Part shown: positions 27,579-40,240 of the stretch, piece after piece
Layout: each line of letters opens with the position of its first letter
How positions within the stretch are numbered: the first letter of the stretch is position 1
Made by a program: the position numbers and the translations under genes
Origin: the human T2T-CHM13v2.0 reference genome, Homo sapiens
Strand: one strand, 5' to 3'
Length of the DNA: 64,000 nucleotides
Assembly (NCBI RefSeq): GCF_009914755.1
Contig: NC_060926.1
The notes under the pieces: generated by a model
The model's database searches: none
Seen by the model: the letters and a program-made list of their open reading frames with translations, nothing else
Told to the model about the DNA's origin: nothing

Positions 27579-29022
27579 GCTGCATAGTACTCCATGGTGT
27601 ATATGTGGCACATTTTCTTTATCTGGCCTATCACTGATGGGCATTTGGGTTGGTTCCAAGTCTTTGCTATTGTGAATAGTGCTGCAATAAACATGAGTGT
27701 ACATGTGTCTTTATAGTAGAATGTTTTATAATCCTTTGGGTATAAGCCCAGTAATGGGATTGTTGGGTCAAATGGTATTTCTGGTTGCAGATCCTTAAGG
27801 AACTGCCACACTGTCTTCCACAATGGTAAAACAGCCAGATCTTGTGATAAGTCACTCACTATACAGTACCAAAGAGGATGGCGTTAAACCATTCATGAGA
27901 ACTCTTCCCCCATGATCCAGTCACCTCCCATCAGGCCCCACCTCCAACGCTGAGGATTACAATTCAACATGAGATTTGGTGAGGACACAGATCCAAACCA
28001 TGTCATTTTGCCCATGGCCCCTCCCAAATCTCAAGTCCTTCACATATTTCAAAACACAATCATGCCTTCCCAACAGTTCCCCAGCGTCTTAATTCATTCC
28101 AGCATTAACTCAAAGGTCTAAAATCTCAAGCCTCATCTGAGACAAGGCAAGTCCCTTCTATCTATGAGCCTGTAAAATAAAAAACAATTTAGTTACTTCC
28201 AAGATACAATGGGGATACAGGCATTGGATAAACATTGCCATTCCAAAAGGGAGAAATCAGCCAAAACAAAGGGGCTGCAGGGCCCTCACAAATCTGAAAC
28301 ACAGCAGGGCAGTCATTAAATCTTAAAGCTCCAAAACAATCTTCTTTGACTCCATGTCTCATATCCAGGGCAGACTGATGCAAGGGGTGGGCTCCCAAGG
28401 CCTTAGGCAGCTCCACCCATGTGGCTTTTTAGGCTTCAGGCCCTGTGGCTGGTCTCAAGGACTGGCACTGAATGTCTATGGCTTTTCAGGTGCAGGGTGC
28501 AAGCTGTCAGTGGATCTGCCATTCTGGGGTCTAGAGGACAGTAGCCCTCTTCTCACAGCACCACTAGGCAGTGCCCCAGTGGGGATTCCTTGTGGTCCAA
28601 CCCCATATTTCCCCTCCACATTGCCCTAGTAGAGATTCTCTATGAGGGCTCTGCCCCTGCAGCAGGTTTCTGCCTGGACATCCAGGATTTTCCATACACC
28701 CTCTAAAATCTAGATGGAGGCTCCCAAGACTCAACTCTTGTACTCCATGCACTGAAGGCTTAACATTACATGGAAGCCACCAAGGCTTATGGCTTGTCCC
28801 TTCTGATGTAGCAAACTGAGCTGCACCTGGGCCCCTTTGAGTCATGGCTGGAGCGGGAGCAACTGGGATGTATGGAGCAGTGTCCTGAGGTGAGGCTGTG
28901 AAGGGCAGTGGGGCTCTGATCCTGACCCTCAAAACCATTCTGTTCTCCTAAGCCTCTGGGTCTGTGATGGGAGGGGCTGCTGCAAAGTTCTCTGAAATGC
29001 CTTTGAGGCTTTTTCCCCACTG
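26921..29022 (-). mobile_element. MSTB LTR (26921-28005, split by L1) plus truncated MST-int (28006-29022)
   Basis: tgtatcagtctgttctcatgctgctataaag...gatccaaaccatgtca followed by MaLR internal sequence homologous to the THE1-int at 54547-56120. Confidence 0.85.
27178..27827 (-). mobile_element. L1PA8-like 5'-truncated LINE inserted in the MSTB LTR
   Basis: Antisense L1PA 3' UTR and ORF2 end (ORF 27425-27859 translates as ORF2 C-terminus); flanking aaaacaatcag/aaaacagccag repeats. Confidence 0.88.
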
Positions 29023-30757
29023 TAGTTGGTTTTCTGTTTCTTTGTTAATCTGCTTAGGATAATGGCCTCCAGCTGCATCCATGTTACTGAAAATGACATG
29101 ATTGTATTCTTTTTATGGCTGCATAGTATTCCATAGTGCATATGTACCACATTTTCTTCCTCCAATCCACTGTTGACAGGCACCTAGGTTGAGTCCATGT
29201 CTTTGCTATTATAAACAGTACTGTGATGAACATGCAAGTGCATGTATCTTTTTGGTAGAACGATTTTGGATATATACCCAGTAATGGGATTGCCAGATCA
29301 AATGATACTCTGTTTTAAGTTCTTTGGGAAATCTCCACACTGCTTTCCACAGTGGCTGAACTAATTTACATTCCCACCAACAGTGTATAAGCATTCCCTT
29401 ATCTCTGCAGCCTTGCCAGCATCTGTTATTTTTTGAATTTTTAGTAATAGCCATTCTGACTGGTATGAGATGGTATCTCATTGTGGGTTTAATTTGCATT
29501 TCTCTGATGATCACTGATGTGAACATTTTTTTCCCATGTTTGTTGGAAACTTGCATGTCCTCTTCTGAGAAGTGTCTGTTCATGTCTTTTGCCCACTTTT
29601 GAATGGGGTTATTTGTCTTTTGCTTGTTGATTGGTTTAATTTCTTTATAGATTCTGGATAATTAGACCTCTGATGGATGCATAGTTTGCAAATATTTTTC
29701 CCATTCTGTGTACTCTGTTGATAGTTTCTTTTTCTGTGCAGAAGCTCTTTAGTTAAATTAGATTTTATTTGTCAATTTTTGTTTTTGTTGCAATTGCTTT
29801 TGAGGACTTGGTCATCAACTTTTCCCCAAGGCTGATGTCCAGAATGATGTTTCCTAGGTTTTCCTCTAAGATTCTTATAGTTTTGAGGTCTTACATACAA
29901 GTCTTTAATCCATGTTGAGTTACTTTTTATATTTAGTGAAATATAGGGGTCCAGTTTCATTCTTCCACCTATGGCTAGCCAGCTTTCACAGAACCATTTA
30001 TTAAATAAGGGGTCCTTTCCCATTGCTTATTTTATCAGTGATCAAGTGGCCACAGGTGTGTGATTTATTTCTGGGTTCTCTATTCTGTTCTGCTGGCCTA
30101 TGTGTCTGTTTTGTATCATGCTGTTTTGGTTATTGTAGCCTTATAGTATAGCTTCAAGTCAGGTAGTGTAATTCTTCCAGCTTTGTTCCTTTTGCTTAGG
30201 ATTGCTTTCGATATTTGGGCTCTTTTATTTTTTTTGCCTCCATATGAATTTTAGAATAGCTTTTTCTAGCTTTGTAAAAATAGTGTTGGTAGCTTGATAG
30301 AAACATTTTTAAATCTGTAGATTACTTTGGGCAATTTGGCCATTCTAATGATGTTGATTCTTTCAATCTATGAGCATGGCATATTTTTCCATTTGTTTAT
30401 GTAATCTATATAATATCTTTCAGCAGTGTTTTGCAGTTCTTTTTGTAGAAATCTTTCACCTCTTTAGTTATATGTATTCCAAGGTATTTATTTTTTGTAG
30501 CTATTGTAAATGGGATTGTGTTCTTGATTTGGCTGTTTTAATGTTGATGTATAGAAATGCTGATTTTTGTGCATTGATTTTTGTGTCCTGAAACTTTATT
30601 GAAGTTGTTTATCAGTTCCAGGAGCCTTTTGGAGGAGTCTTTAGGGCTTTCTAGGTATAAAATCATATAGTTAGTGAAGAGAGAGAGTTTGACTTCTTTT
30701 ACTATTTGGATATCTTTTAGTTCTTACTCTTGCCTGATTTCTCTAGCTAGGACTTCC
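29023..30757 (-). mobile_element. L1PB fragment (ORF2 3' part), 3' end missing
   Basis: ORFs 29209-29583 and 29772-30023 translate as degraded ORF2 (REMQIK...RYHL; LFNKW). Confidence 0.88.
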
Positions 30758-30859
30758 TCTATTAACACTTTGATATTTACCTTTCCCCACTTTTCCTGTT
30801 TGTGTACACACACACACATACACACACAAACACAATACCCACTTTTTTCTAATGAAAAA

Positions 30860-31400
30860 CAGGATTTTTCTATATCCACATTGTTTCACAATTCATTTTG
30901 TGACTTAACAATATATCCTGATCATCTTTTCAGACCATGCAGATCTACCTTGCTTTTTGAAAAGGTTGTGTTATATTCCATTGCATGAACCACTGATTTT
31001 ATTCATGCCTCTACTGATGGGCATTGAAATGATTTATCAATTGCTTTAATTATTTATTGTTGTGTCAAATTACTTAGTTTAAAGCTGTTTGTACATGTGT
31101 ATTTACAGACTTGTATCGTTATTTTCCTAGGTTTCATTTCCAACATTTAGACGGCTCTCTTAAGTGGAATGAACATTTTCCTCCCAAATTTATGTTTCTA
31201 TTTCAATTCCTGTCAACAATTTATGGCATTGCCCTCATCAGATCAAAATGCTCAAAATATTATCAGGCTTTTACATTTGTATCAAGCTGATGGACAAAAT
31301 TATCTTGATGTTTTAATTTGCATTTGTTTAATTCTGAATTAAGTAGAACACCTTCATATGAATCCACTAGCCACTTATATGTAGAGAACTTTGATATTCT
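30860..31400 (-). mobile_element. L1ME fragment
   Basis: acttaacaatatatcctg...tattccattgcatg...ctactgatgggcatt...gttttaatttgcattt. Confidence 0.6.
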
Positions 31401-32869
31401 TTTTTAATGTATAGATAACTAAAATATCCTGCTGATATCTGAGATGGCTTATACTAGAGCACATATTAGAACTATTAAAAATTGATAAAATGCAGAATGG
31501 ATTAGGCTTCTGTGTTGTATATAAGGCACAAATGCATTTTAATATGTGCATTTCAATAAACATTTATGGGATACTTACTATGAACCAGGCACTTCCTTTG
31601 GCCCTTGGAGGCAGAGATTAATATGACATTGTTCCTGAACTTGGAGGTTTTCCATCTAATTTAATATCTTAAGATAGGAAATTAAAATATAAAAATGACC
31701 AGATTAGAAGCTTTATGTAAAAAAAAAATTGTAAACTTACAAAAACATTGGATACAGACTCATAAACTGGATCAATGAATACGCTAAAACAAAACTTCTA
31801 ATGAGAAAAAAATGTACGACTAGGATTTCACCATAATGGGTAAATTGATTGCAGGTTAGCATTAAACACATATTAGATTTGTATAATAAAAATGTGTTCA
31901 GGTTTCAGTAGGTGAGAACAAGTTTAATTTCCTCAGCAGTCAGGAGAATATGCATGAAGAGTTGATAAATTGCCTCTCTCACTTCTTAAAACCTCTGCAT
32001 GGAGATTCTGTGATGGTTTAACAAATGGCTGAGTCCACTGGGAGACTGCGTTTAGTTTCTCAGATGTAGTCACTCATAAAAAAGTTATAGTTTGTAATAA
32101 AATCATTTCAAATATCAAAAGAAAATGAGAGTGAAAACCATGTGTGCAATTCTCTGCAAAGCTGAGAAGCAAAATGCTCTCACTTCAGACACCTTATCAA
32201 GCACTGCAAAACTGAAAATAATTCAGTTCAGGATTACACCTGGGATGCCAGATGCCTGCGCCATTGGAAAAGTGAGGCTGCCTTGATTCTGGTCCAGAGT
32301 GGAAGTATTTATGAGGTTAAATGCAACTTTCCTCCCCTAAAACTGCCCCAGATTATGAAAGGTTTAGCTAAATTGGCCAGGATAAATCTTCCACGTCCAA
32401 ACAGGACAGTTAAATTAGCTTATCAGTGGGATAGATGAGTAAGGAGTCCTCCCATCTCTCTACAGAATAGGCAGCCATGTCCTTTTCCATATTTTCTTTT
32501 CTTTTCTTTTAAGTTTCCAAGAAGCCTTGAAATCATCAGGTGGCAGTAGAATAGATGGAATAAGTTTGAGCCAGGAGATGCTATCAGTAGTTCCTTCTAC
32601 TGATTTTTGCCCGAGATACTTCCAACACCCTATGCTCTGGCAGGTGCTTTTAAGTGGGAGGGAAAGCAGGATATGAACTCTAATCTGGGCATTCCTGTGG
32701 CATCTTGAGTTCGGGTCTCAGCACTACCTTGTTGGCTCCAAGGCAGTCTCAAACTATCTTAAGGACTTGACTTGTGTCAGAGCCCGTGATGGCCAGAATA
32801 AAAATGTCAAGCAGCTTATTTGGCCTGAGGCAAAGATTTATGTGACCACTTCAGCTTTCTTTTTTCCCT

Positions 32870-33364
32870 GCCTTTATTGTATAATTAGTACACAAAAACT
32901 TCACATAATTAACGTATAGAATTTGGTGAGTTTGGACACATGAATGCACTCATGCTGTCATCACCACCAAGATAATGAACATATCCATCACCCATCACCT
33001 CCAAAGGATTCTTTGTGCCCTGCCTTTTTTGTGGTAAGAACACTTAACTTGATATATACTCTCTTAAATTTTTAAGTGTACAATATCTTCTTGCTAACTG
33101 TATTAATGTGTTGTACAGCAGATCTCTGGAACTCATTCATCTTGTATAACTGTAACTTTATACCACTGAACAACAAGTCTTCATGTCTTCCTCACTTCAT
33201 TCCCTTGGACCACTATTCTATTATCTGTCTGCTTGCATATGTTTGACTATTTTAGATGTCTTCTGTGACTGGCTTATCTCACTTAGCTTAATGTCTTCCA
33301 GGTCCATCCATGTTGTTGCAAATGGCAGAATTTCCTTCTTTTTTAAGGCTGAATAATATTCCTC

Positions 33365-33402
<38 letters not shown>

Positions 33403-33510
33403 CATGTGCGCGGGCATGTGTGTGTTATTCATCTGTTGATAGACAGTTGGGTTATTTTCATACTTTGCTATTGTGAATAATGCTGCAACGAACGTGGGGA
33501 TTACAGATCA
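32870..33510 (-). mobile_element. L1MA9/10-type 3' fragment
   Basis: tgttgtacagcagatctctggaactcattcatcttgtataactg...gcttatctcacttagc...gctattgtgaataatgctgc. Confidence 0.8.
33365..33424. repeat. (TG)n/(CG)n alternating purine-pyrimidine microsatellite
   Basis: (tg)11(cg)3(tg)5catgtgcgcg; 48 bp of unbroken alternation. Confidence 0.9.
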
Positions 33511-33639
33511 CTTTGGCCCTCTGATTTAAATGCAAGTCCTATTCCAGCCTTGATTATATCAGATTGAGCTTTGGTATATGTTGAACTCTTGAATCACAAT
33601 GTAACTGATTGCAATTTGGAAGACTAACAGAAAACTCCG

Positions 33640-34099
33640 TGCAGTAGATTGAACTTGGGCTCCCCCCAAAAACTGTCCAAGTTCTAACCTCTGGTACATG
33701 TCTATGTGACCTTATTTTGGAAGAAAGATCTTTGCATAATAAAGTTAAGCATCTCAAGATGAGATCATCGTGGACTTAGGGGAGGTCCTAAATTGAATGG
33801 TATCTTTCTGAGACGGAAGAAGAGAAGACACAAAGAGAGGGAAGGACCACATGCAGATGGAGGCAGAATTTGGAGTGATGCATCTTTGAGCCAAAGAACA
33901 CCAAGAATGGCCAGAAGTCACCAAGACCTAAGAGAAAATCATGAAAGGAATTCTTTCTCAGAGCCTCCAGGAAGACCCAGCCCAGCCCTTCCTTGATTTT
34001 GGACTTCTGGCATCCAGAACTCCAAGTGTCTAAATCTCCACCGTTTTAAGCCATCCAGTTTGTGGTAATTTGTTACGGCAGCCCTGGGAAACTAATTCA
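33640..34099 (+). mobile_element. MLT1C-type solo LTR
   Basis: atgtgaccttattttggaa...agagcctccagga...ggacttctggcatccagaact...gttacggcagccctgggaaactaattca. Confidence 0.82.
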
Positions 34100-34346
34100 C
34101 CCCCACGATTCAGATACAAGAGTTTAGTATGCTCTGTGCTGGCACTGTGCATCAGGAACCCTATAAAATCACACTTTAGGGCACAGTGGAATACAGCAGA
34201 CAGAACACAGGGCTTGGAGCAGACAGATCTTCTTAGTTACTGCTGTCTATACTTGGTAAATTCTTCTCTAAGCTTTCTTTTTGTGAGACCAGGAAAGCAG
34301 TGTGGGAATATGGGACAGTAGGCAGGTAGCATAAGTCAAGAATGTA

Positions 34347-35270
34347 TTAGAGGTTATCAATGCTGGCTGTACATTAACATCACCTGGGGAAGTTTTTTTA
34401 AAAAGTTATTGACAAGGCCTTGTCTCTGAACAATTAAATCAGCATCTCTGAGCACTGGCAATTTTTAAACTCCCTGGGTACCATTTCACACCCACTAGGA
34501 TGGCTATTAGAAAAACAAGCAAACAAATAAAAAACAGAAAATAACTGTTGGTAAGGAGGTGGAGAAATTGGAACACTTGTGCATTGCTGATGGGGAATGT
34601 AAAATGGTGCAGCTGCTATGAAAAATGATATGGCGGTTCTTCCAAAAATTAAACACAGAATTACCAAATGAACCAGCAATTTCACTACTGGCTATATAGT
34701 CAAAAGAATTAAAAGCAGGGACTCAAATGGTTATCTTATGCCAATGTTCATAGCAGCATTATTCACAATAGTGAAAAGGTCAGAACCCAAATGTCCATCA
34801 GTGGTGAATGGTTAAACAAAATGTGGTATATACGTACAAAGGAATATTATTCAGCAATAAAAGGAAATTAAGTTCTGATACATGCTATGACATGAATAAA
34901 GCTTGAAAATACTAAGTAAAATAACACCAAATGCAAAAGGACTAATATTGTATGATCATTTATCTGAGATACCTAGAGTAGTCCATTTCACAGAGACAGA
35001 AAGTAAAGGTGTGTTTTCCAGAGAATATGAAGGGGGGAAAGGGAGATTAGTGTTTAATGAGTAATGAGTTTCAAACGAGAAAAAATAAAATTCTGGCAAT
35101 GGATAGTGGTGACGGTTGCACAACAACATCAGTGTAATTAATGCCACTGAATTTTATACTTGAAAATGGTCAAAATGGTGAATTTTACCTTATGTATGTT
35201 TAACTATAACAACAAAATAAAACCTGCCACCCTCTCTAGGCAATGGTGATATGCAAACAGATTGAGAAAC
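34347..35270. mobile_element. MER5A-type MITE split by an L1MB insertion
   Basis: ggctgtacattaacatcacctgggga...aattaaatcagcatctctg...aaactccctgg, resuming at ~35237 with tgatatgcaaacagattgagaaac. Confidence 0.55.
34478..35221 (+). mobile_element. L1MB 3' fragment
   Basis: taccatttcacacccactaggatggct...aatgttcatagcagcattattcacaatag...atgccactgaatt...aaaatggtgaatttt. Confidence 0.85.
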
Positions 35271-35589
35271 AAGGACAAGCAATGCCAGAGGTCAGAAGGC
35301 TAAGCCAGGTCAGGCAAGCCATGAAAGAGACCACCTTGTCAGCGTTCAGGCAGGACACTCAGGGAGATCCAGGACAGGGACTCATGCCTTGGACATAGAT
35401 GCTGGAGTCAGTGACAGCAAAGTAGTCACTGAAAGCCTGGGTTACCAAAGTCAGAGACCAAGAGCAGCACTGACATGGTGCTGAATCAGTTATCAGTGTT
35501 CATTTGCAACACTCTGGATAGGACAGAATCACTTTTAGAGCTTTGTCTTACTATGGGACAAAGTTAAACTTGCTGTGGGGAGAGGGTAG

Positions 35590-36190
35590 GAGAGCACACC
35601 TGCCAGGTGACTCAGGAAATGGAGAACCCCAAAACTGTTATGGCCCCAAGTCTGCTTTGTTTGATTAACATCTCAACTCCATATATTTTCTTTGTGTACT
35701 AAGAAACCCCGTGAAACCTCAACTCTTAACCCCTTGGGTAGACTCCCACTCTGATAATCAGTCTGATAGAGGATTAGAGCCTGTAAGCCTTGCATAAGTC
35801 TGACAAGCAGTCTATCGATCTATTTCCAGCGCAGTGTGGGTTGCAGGGAAAAGTTGAGCAAGGGTGCGTGGGTGAGGGGTGAGGGCGTATGTGAATAGAT
35901 GCTGATTCTCTTCATTTCCATTTCAGAGGGAATCATTGCTGACCTTGTTGCTCCCTTCTTTTAAAAAGTAATGATAATGTCAAAAGCAAATTCTAGCCCT
36001 TTTATTTGAAAAGATTTCAGTAACCTTGTTAGCAATGAAAGAAAATACTCACACAAAGTTCTTCTGCATCCATGAATCGCCATGTTTCAAAAAAGGAAAA
36101 AGAAAATACATAGCTTCCGTTTTACCTCCTGTAAGCATTTAGTCTCAGTCTCACCTGGGGCCCTGACTCCCCAGCAGAGGGGCTGCATAC
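35590..36190. promoter_or_regulatory. Candidate enhancer (AP-1/ETS/E-box, paired GATA, KLF/EGR G4)
   Basis: CACCTGcCAGGTGACTCAGGAA at 35597-35618; TGATAA at 35752 and TGATAG at 35764; gggtgcgtgggtgaggggtgaggg at 35862-35885. Confidence 0.5.
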
Positions 36191-37714
36191 CCTGTCCTCT
36201 CTGGCCTTGCTTCCACTCACTTGCTGCCTGTGAGAGGTGGTAGCTTCTTAGCACACCTCATGAAGGCAGCATGTAAGTGAGAAGTGTGATATTACCTTAA
36301 AATGCCATCCCTGCCAGCGGCAGATTATGCATTAAGAAAACATATTTCACCTCTCCTATTTTAATGGAGTTATTAGGAACAAGTATAATATTTCCTTTAA
36401 ATAAACTAAGAGAGAGAAAGAAAAAAATGATGATCTACAACTCTAACGTCTTGTTATGGGAACATAAGAACAGTCTGCATTTTCTGTACCTTTACAGTTA
36501 TGTTTGTACATAAATGGGGTTTGATTTAGTTAGTCCTGTGCTCAGGGGTGAAGTGAGGGCAGAACACGAAGTCTCATCCAAGTTCAAGGGCTCAGTGAAT
36601 CCTCAATCCCAAGTAAGACTGCTTTCTCCTTGTTTAGTGCAGAACCAGCAAACAAGCTATGTGAGGTGAAAGATACACAATGGTATGAGTGGATGTGGTT
36701 CTCAGGGTTCCTTTGCTCCTTGGGATGCCCTGGCAGCTATGCAGAATGAGGAATTCACCAGGTCCAAAAAGCCCACGTATGTGCTGTCTTTTATATTAAA
36801 TACTTTATATAAAAGGGGGTAGGCTGGGTAAGGGTTACAGGGGCCCAGCAGTCTACAACACCCAGGTGATCACTCCAGGTTCCAGTTTCAGGATTCCTTG
36901 ATGGATCATAATGATATTATCTCATGTGTCTTCCTTTGGTTCTGGCTGAGCCATAGAATCTACTTTAGACTTCAGTGCAACTGGCCTGGCCTTGGCCTGT
37001 CATGGTTGTTAAGAACAGATAGCTCAACAAATAATTGACTTCAAATTCTCTGCCATTTTCACCAAAGAAATTCTAGCGTGAAGAGTGGCAATCTGCCACA
37101 GTAAACATAGTGCAGTGACCCCTTTGACAATGTTTAGAGGTCAGGCGTGTTTGATGGCTAATTTGGAGTGACCTATCAGAGACGTGATAGATCAGATTCA
37201 GAGTTAATAATCTGAACTCTATGGTTTTTCTGAGTACTATTTCCTCTGTACACTCCCCCATCTACACCATAAAATAGACTTTCTGAGTGATAGGAATAAT
37301 CATGTCTGCCAGACAAAGTTTAGGCTAATACTGGCTAACACCTACAATTCCAATTATCTGCCTCCTTTTCTAGATTCCGTGTAGACCCTGACTCATTTAT
37401 GTAGCTTCCCACACTTTTCTGAATCAACACTTCACCCTGTAATTTTGATATTTTTAATTTATCTCTCAGATCATATTCATTCATATTTATTCATTCATTC
37501 ACTTCTTCAAGAATCACATATGAAGTGTCTTTTATTTACCAAGCAGTATTCTATGTACTGAGAAAAACAACACAAATGAAGGTCACCATTCTGCCTTCAA
37601 GGCACTCAGATTCTAGTTGAGAAGGTAGATGAGCAAACTCCCAGTAAAGGCCTGCAAGTGCTTCCTAAACCAACTCTATTATATATATTTTAAAATCATC
37701 CTAATTTCAGATGG

Positions 37715-38223
37715 TGTTGTATCCAGTCTCCAATATGGTCTCCAGTGAACCTCACCTCCTGGTCTTTATCCTCATCTAAAGCTCCTTTCCACATTAAATC
37801 AGTGCTAGCCTGTGTGACCAATAAAATACAGAAGTGACTTCTGTGGTAATAAAAGGCATCACAGCTTACACATTCGTCTCTTGAATTGCTGACCAGCCAG
37901 CCACAGACTATGAGGACACTAAAGTGACCTATGCATAGACCACTTGAAGAATTGAAGCCCCTGGCCATAGCCAGCACCAACTTACCAGTCTCATGAGTTG
38001 GCTATCATTGAAGAAAATCCTCCAACCCATTCAAACCTTCAGATGGGTGCAGCCCTGGCAGACATGTGACTACAACCTCATTAAGGACCCCAAACCAGAA
38101 CCAGCCAGCCAAGCCAATCCCAAATTCCTCATTCTTAGACACTATGAGATATAGCAAATGATTATATATTCTAAGCAAATAAATTTTGGGAAATTTGTTA
38201 CACAGCATTAGATAATTAATACA
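37715..38223 (+). mobile_element. MLT1F/G-type solo LTR
   Basis: ctcacctcctgg...agcctgtgtgaccaataaaatacagaagtga...cagccagcaccaacttaccag...tgttacacagcattagataattaataca; TSD gatgg/gatgt. Confidence 0.8.
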
Positions 38224-39510
38224 GATGTTATGTTTTTGTCTTCTGAGTTTTTGTTCTACCTAGAATCCCTCTGTATATGTTTTCTCATTTCATCTTTCTT
38301 ACCTTTTAAGGTACAATACAAATATTATCTATTCTAATACTATTTTTGTTAAATATACCAATATGAGATCTGATCCAGTTACTTGGCACATCACAAGTAT
38401 CATAATTACTTGTCTATTTGTCACCACGATTTTTGGATTATGAGCAATTTATAGGCAGGCTGTGTTATATTCAAAGTTTACAACATCATGGCGCCAGCCT
38501 AGGGTCTTAGACATTGTATGTGTATGACAAATATTAAACACATAATATCAGTGACAAATGGTAGACTGTGGTACATACACAAGAATGTGCTACATTAAAT
38601 TTTACATTTATATGTTTCATTTCAAGAGCTCTTTTGTTTTTTACATTTATTTTTCTGTATCAAAATTACTCTAGGGCATGAACCTTATCTATTATGTCTT
38701 TTCTGTCTGCCTACAGATTCTAATATAGTGCTGGATACTCCATGTGTGCTCAGTAAATGTTGACTGACTAAGCATTTAATACCTTAAAACAGAAATTCAA
38801 TAAATGTAGTCCCAGTGACCTGAAAGAGTAGTGCTTCTCCTTGCGTTTCAAATGGATTACCAAGGAGTATCTTTAGAGCCAGGATTTTAGAAACAACTAT
38901 CAATGTCAAACTCAAGGACAAAACTATCACCTGAAAGGGCTTGCCCCAGAGAAAGAAAATTACCACTGGAGAATAAAGAGCTGAAGAAATCAGCCTGCAC
39001 TCAGTCCATAGAAACCTAGACTCCTTAGATATAAAAAACTCCTAACTGCTACACTCACCTCAAAATCAGATTTTCTTCTAGGAGGGTGAATATTTCATCC
39101 AAGGTCAGGGATCAGACAAAGCCTAAAAGTCAATATTAGTGATGAGGCTAAGAAACATTTGAACTGGGTCCAGTGGCAGTCGACTTCATGGCTTGGTACT
39201 GACTCTGCTCACCAAGAAGGCTCCATGCATCTTGCTCCTGGTGCTGCCCCTGTGCACGCTATGCACCTCTTCACCTTTTACACTCTAGTGTACAAAGTCC
39301 TCACCTCTAGCCCCGCCTGTGACTGGTTATTTCTCTTTTTCTTCTGTTCATGCTGTGTTCTAACCTTGACTCATTGCTTATATCTCCTAGATGAATTCCC
39401 TTTCATCTGCTCAAGTATATCTTACGAATTTAGGACTGAATAATTCCTTCTCAACTTCCAAAATTGGAGTTTCATTAATTGGGGAATAAATGCTGATGTT
39501 ATCCAAGCTT

Positions 39511-39511
<1 letters not shown>

Positions 39512-39543
<32 letters not shown>

Positions 39544-39827
39544 AATGGTTCCTCTTTTTATGACACAGCCTGGAGCACAGTGGTGTAATCATACATCACT
39601 GCAACCCTGAACTCCGGGACTCCAGTGATCCTCCTTTATCAGCCTCCCAAGTAGCTGGGATTACAGACATGCACCACCATGCCTGGCTAATTTTTTTTTT
39701 TTATTTTGTAGAGACAAGGTCTCACTATGCTGCCCAAGCTGGTCTCAAACTCCTGGACTCAAGAGATCCTTCTGCCTCAGCCTCTCAAAATGCTGGAATT
39801 ACAGGCATGAGCCACTGCACCTGGGCC
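39512..39827 (-). mobile_element. AluJ
   Basis: T28 tail; J-type cactgcaaccctgaactcc, ggtctcactatgctgccc, ggactcaag. Confidence 0.88.
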
Positions 39828-39994
39828 AAACTTTTAAAAGAAGAATTGGCTGGGTTTTAAAAGAAAGCAGCTGAGTTCTAATGATGAAATTATTCTTAAA
39901 AAATATTTCTTTATTATATTTGGTATATTCAGGGTTATGGAAATGATAATATTTTTGTCAAGTGAGAGAAAAACACAAACATAGAAGGCATATA

Positions 39995-40240
39995 ATGAAT
40001 ATTCAAGCCTTATAATATACTAACATTTACCATTTGGATTTTCAATAACTTAATGGAGAACCAAAACACATTTTTATTATTCAACATACTTGCATCTAGT
40101 TTATCCATCAGAGATGTATGAATATTCAAGCCTTATAATATACTAACATTTACCTTTTGGATTTTCAATAACTTAATGGAGAACCAAAACACATTTTTAT
40201 TATTCAACATACTTGCATCTAGTTTATCCATCAGAGATGT
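39995..40240. repeat. 123-bp tandem duplication (1 mismatch)
   Basis: 39995-40117 equals 40118-40240 except A40032 versus T40155. Confidence 0.95.

Noticed and set aside
27425-27859. 144-aa ORF with poly-Lys tract (longest in the window)
   Set aside because: L1 ORF2 C-terminal remnant; the poly-Lys comes from the T30 homopolymer
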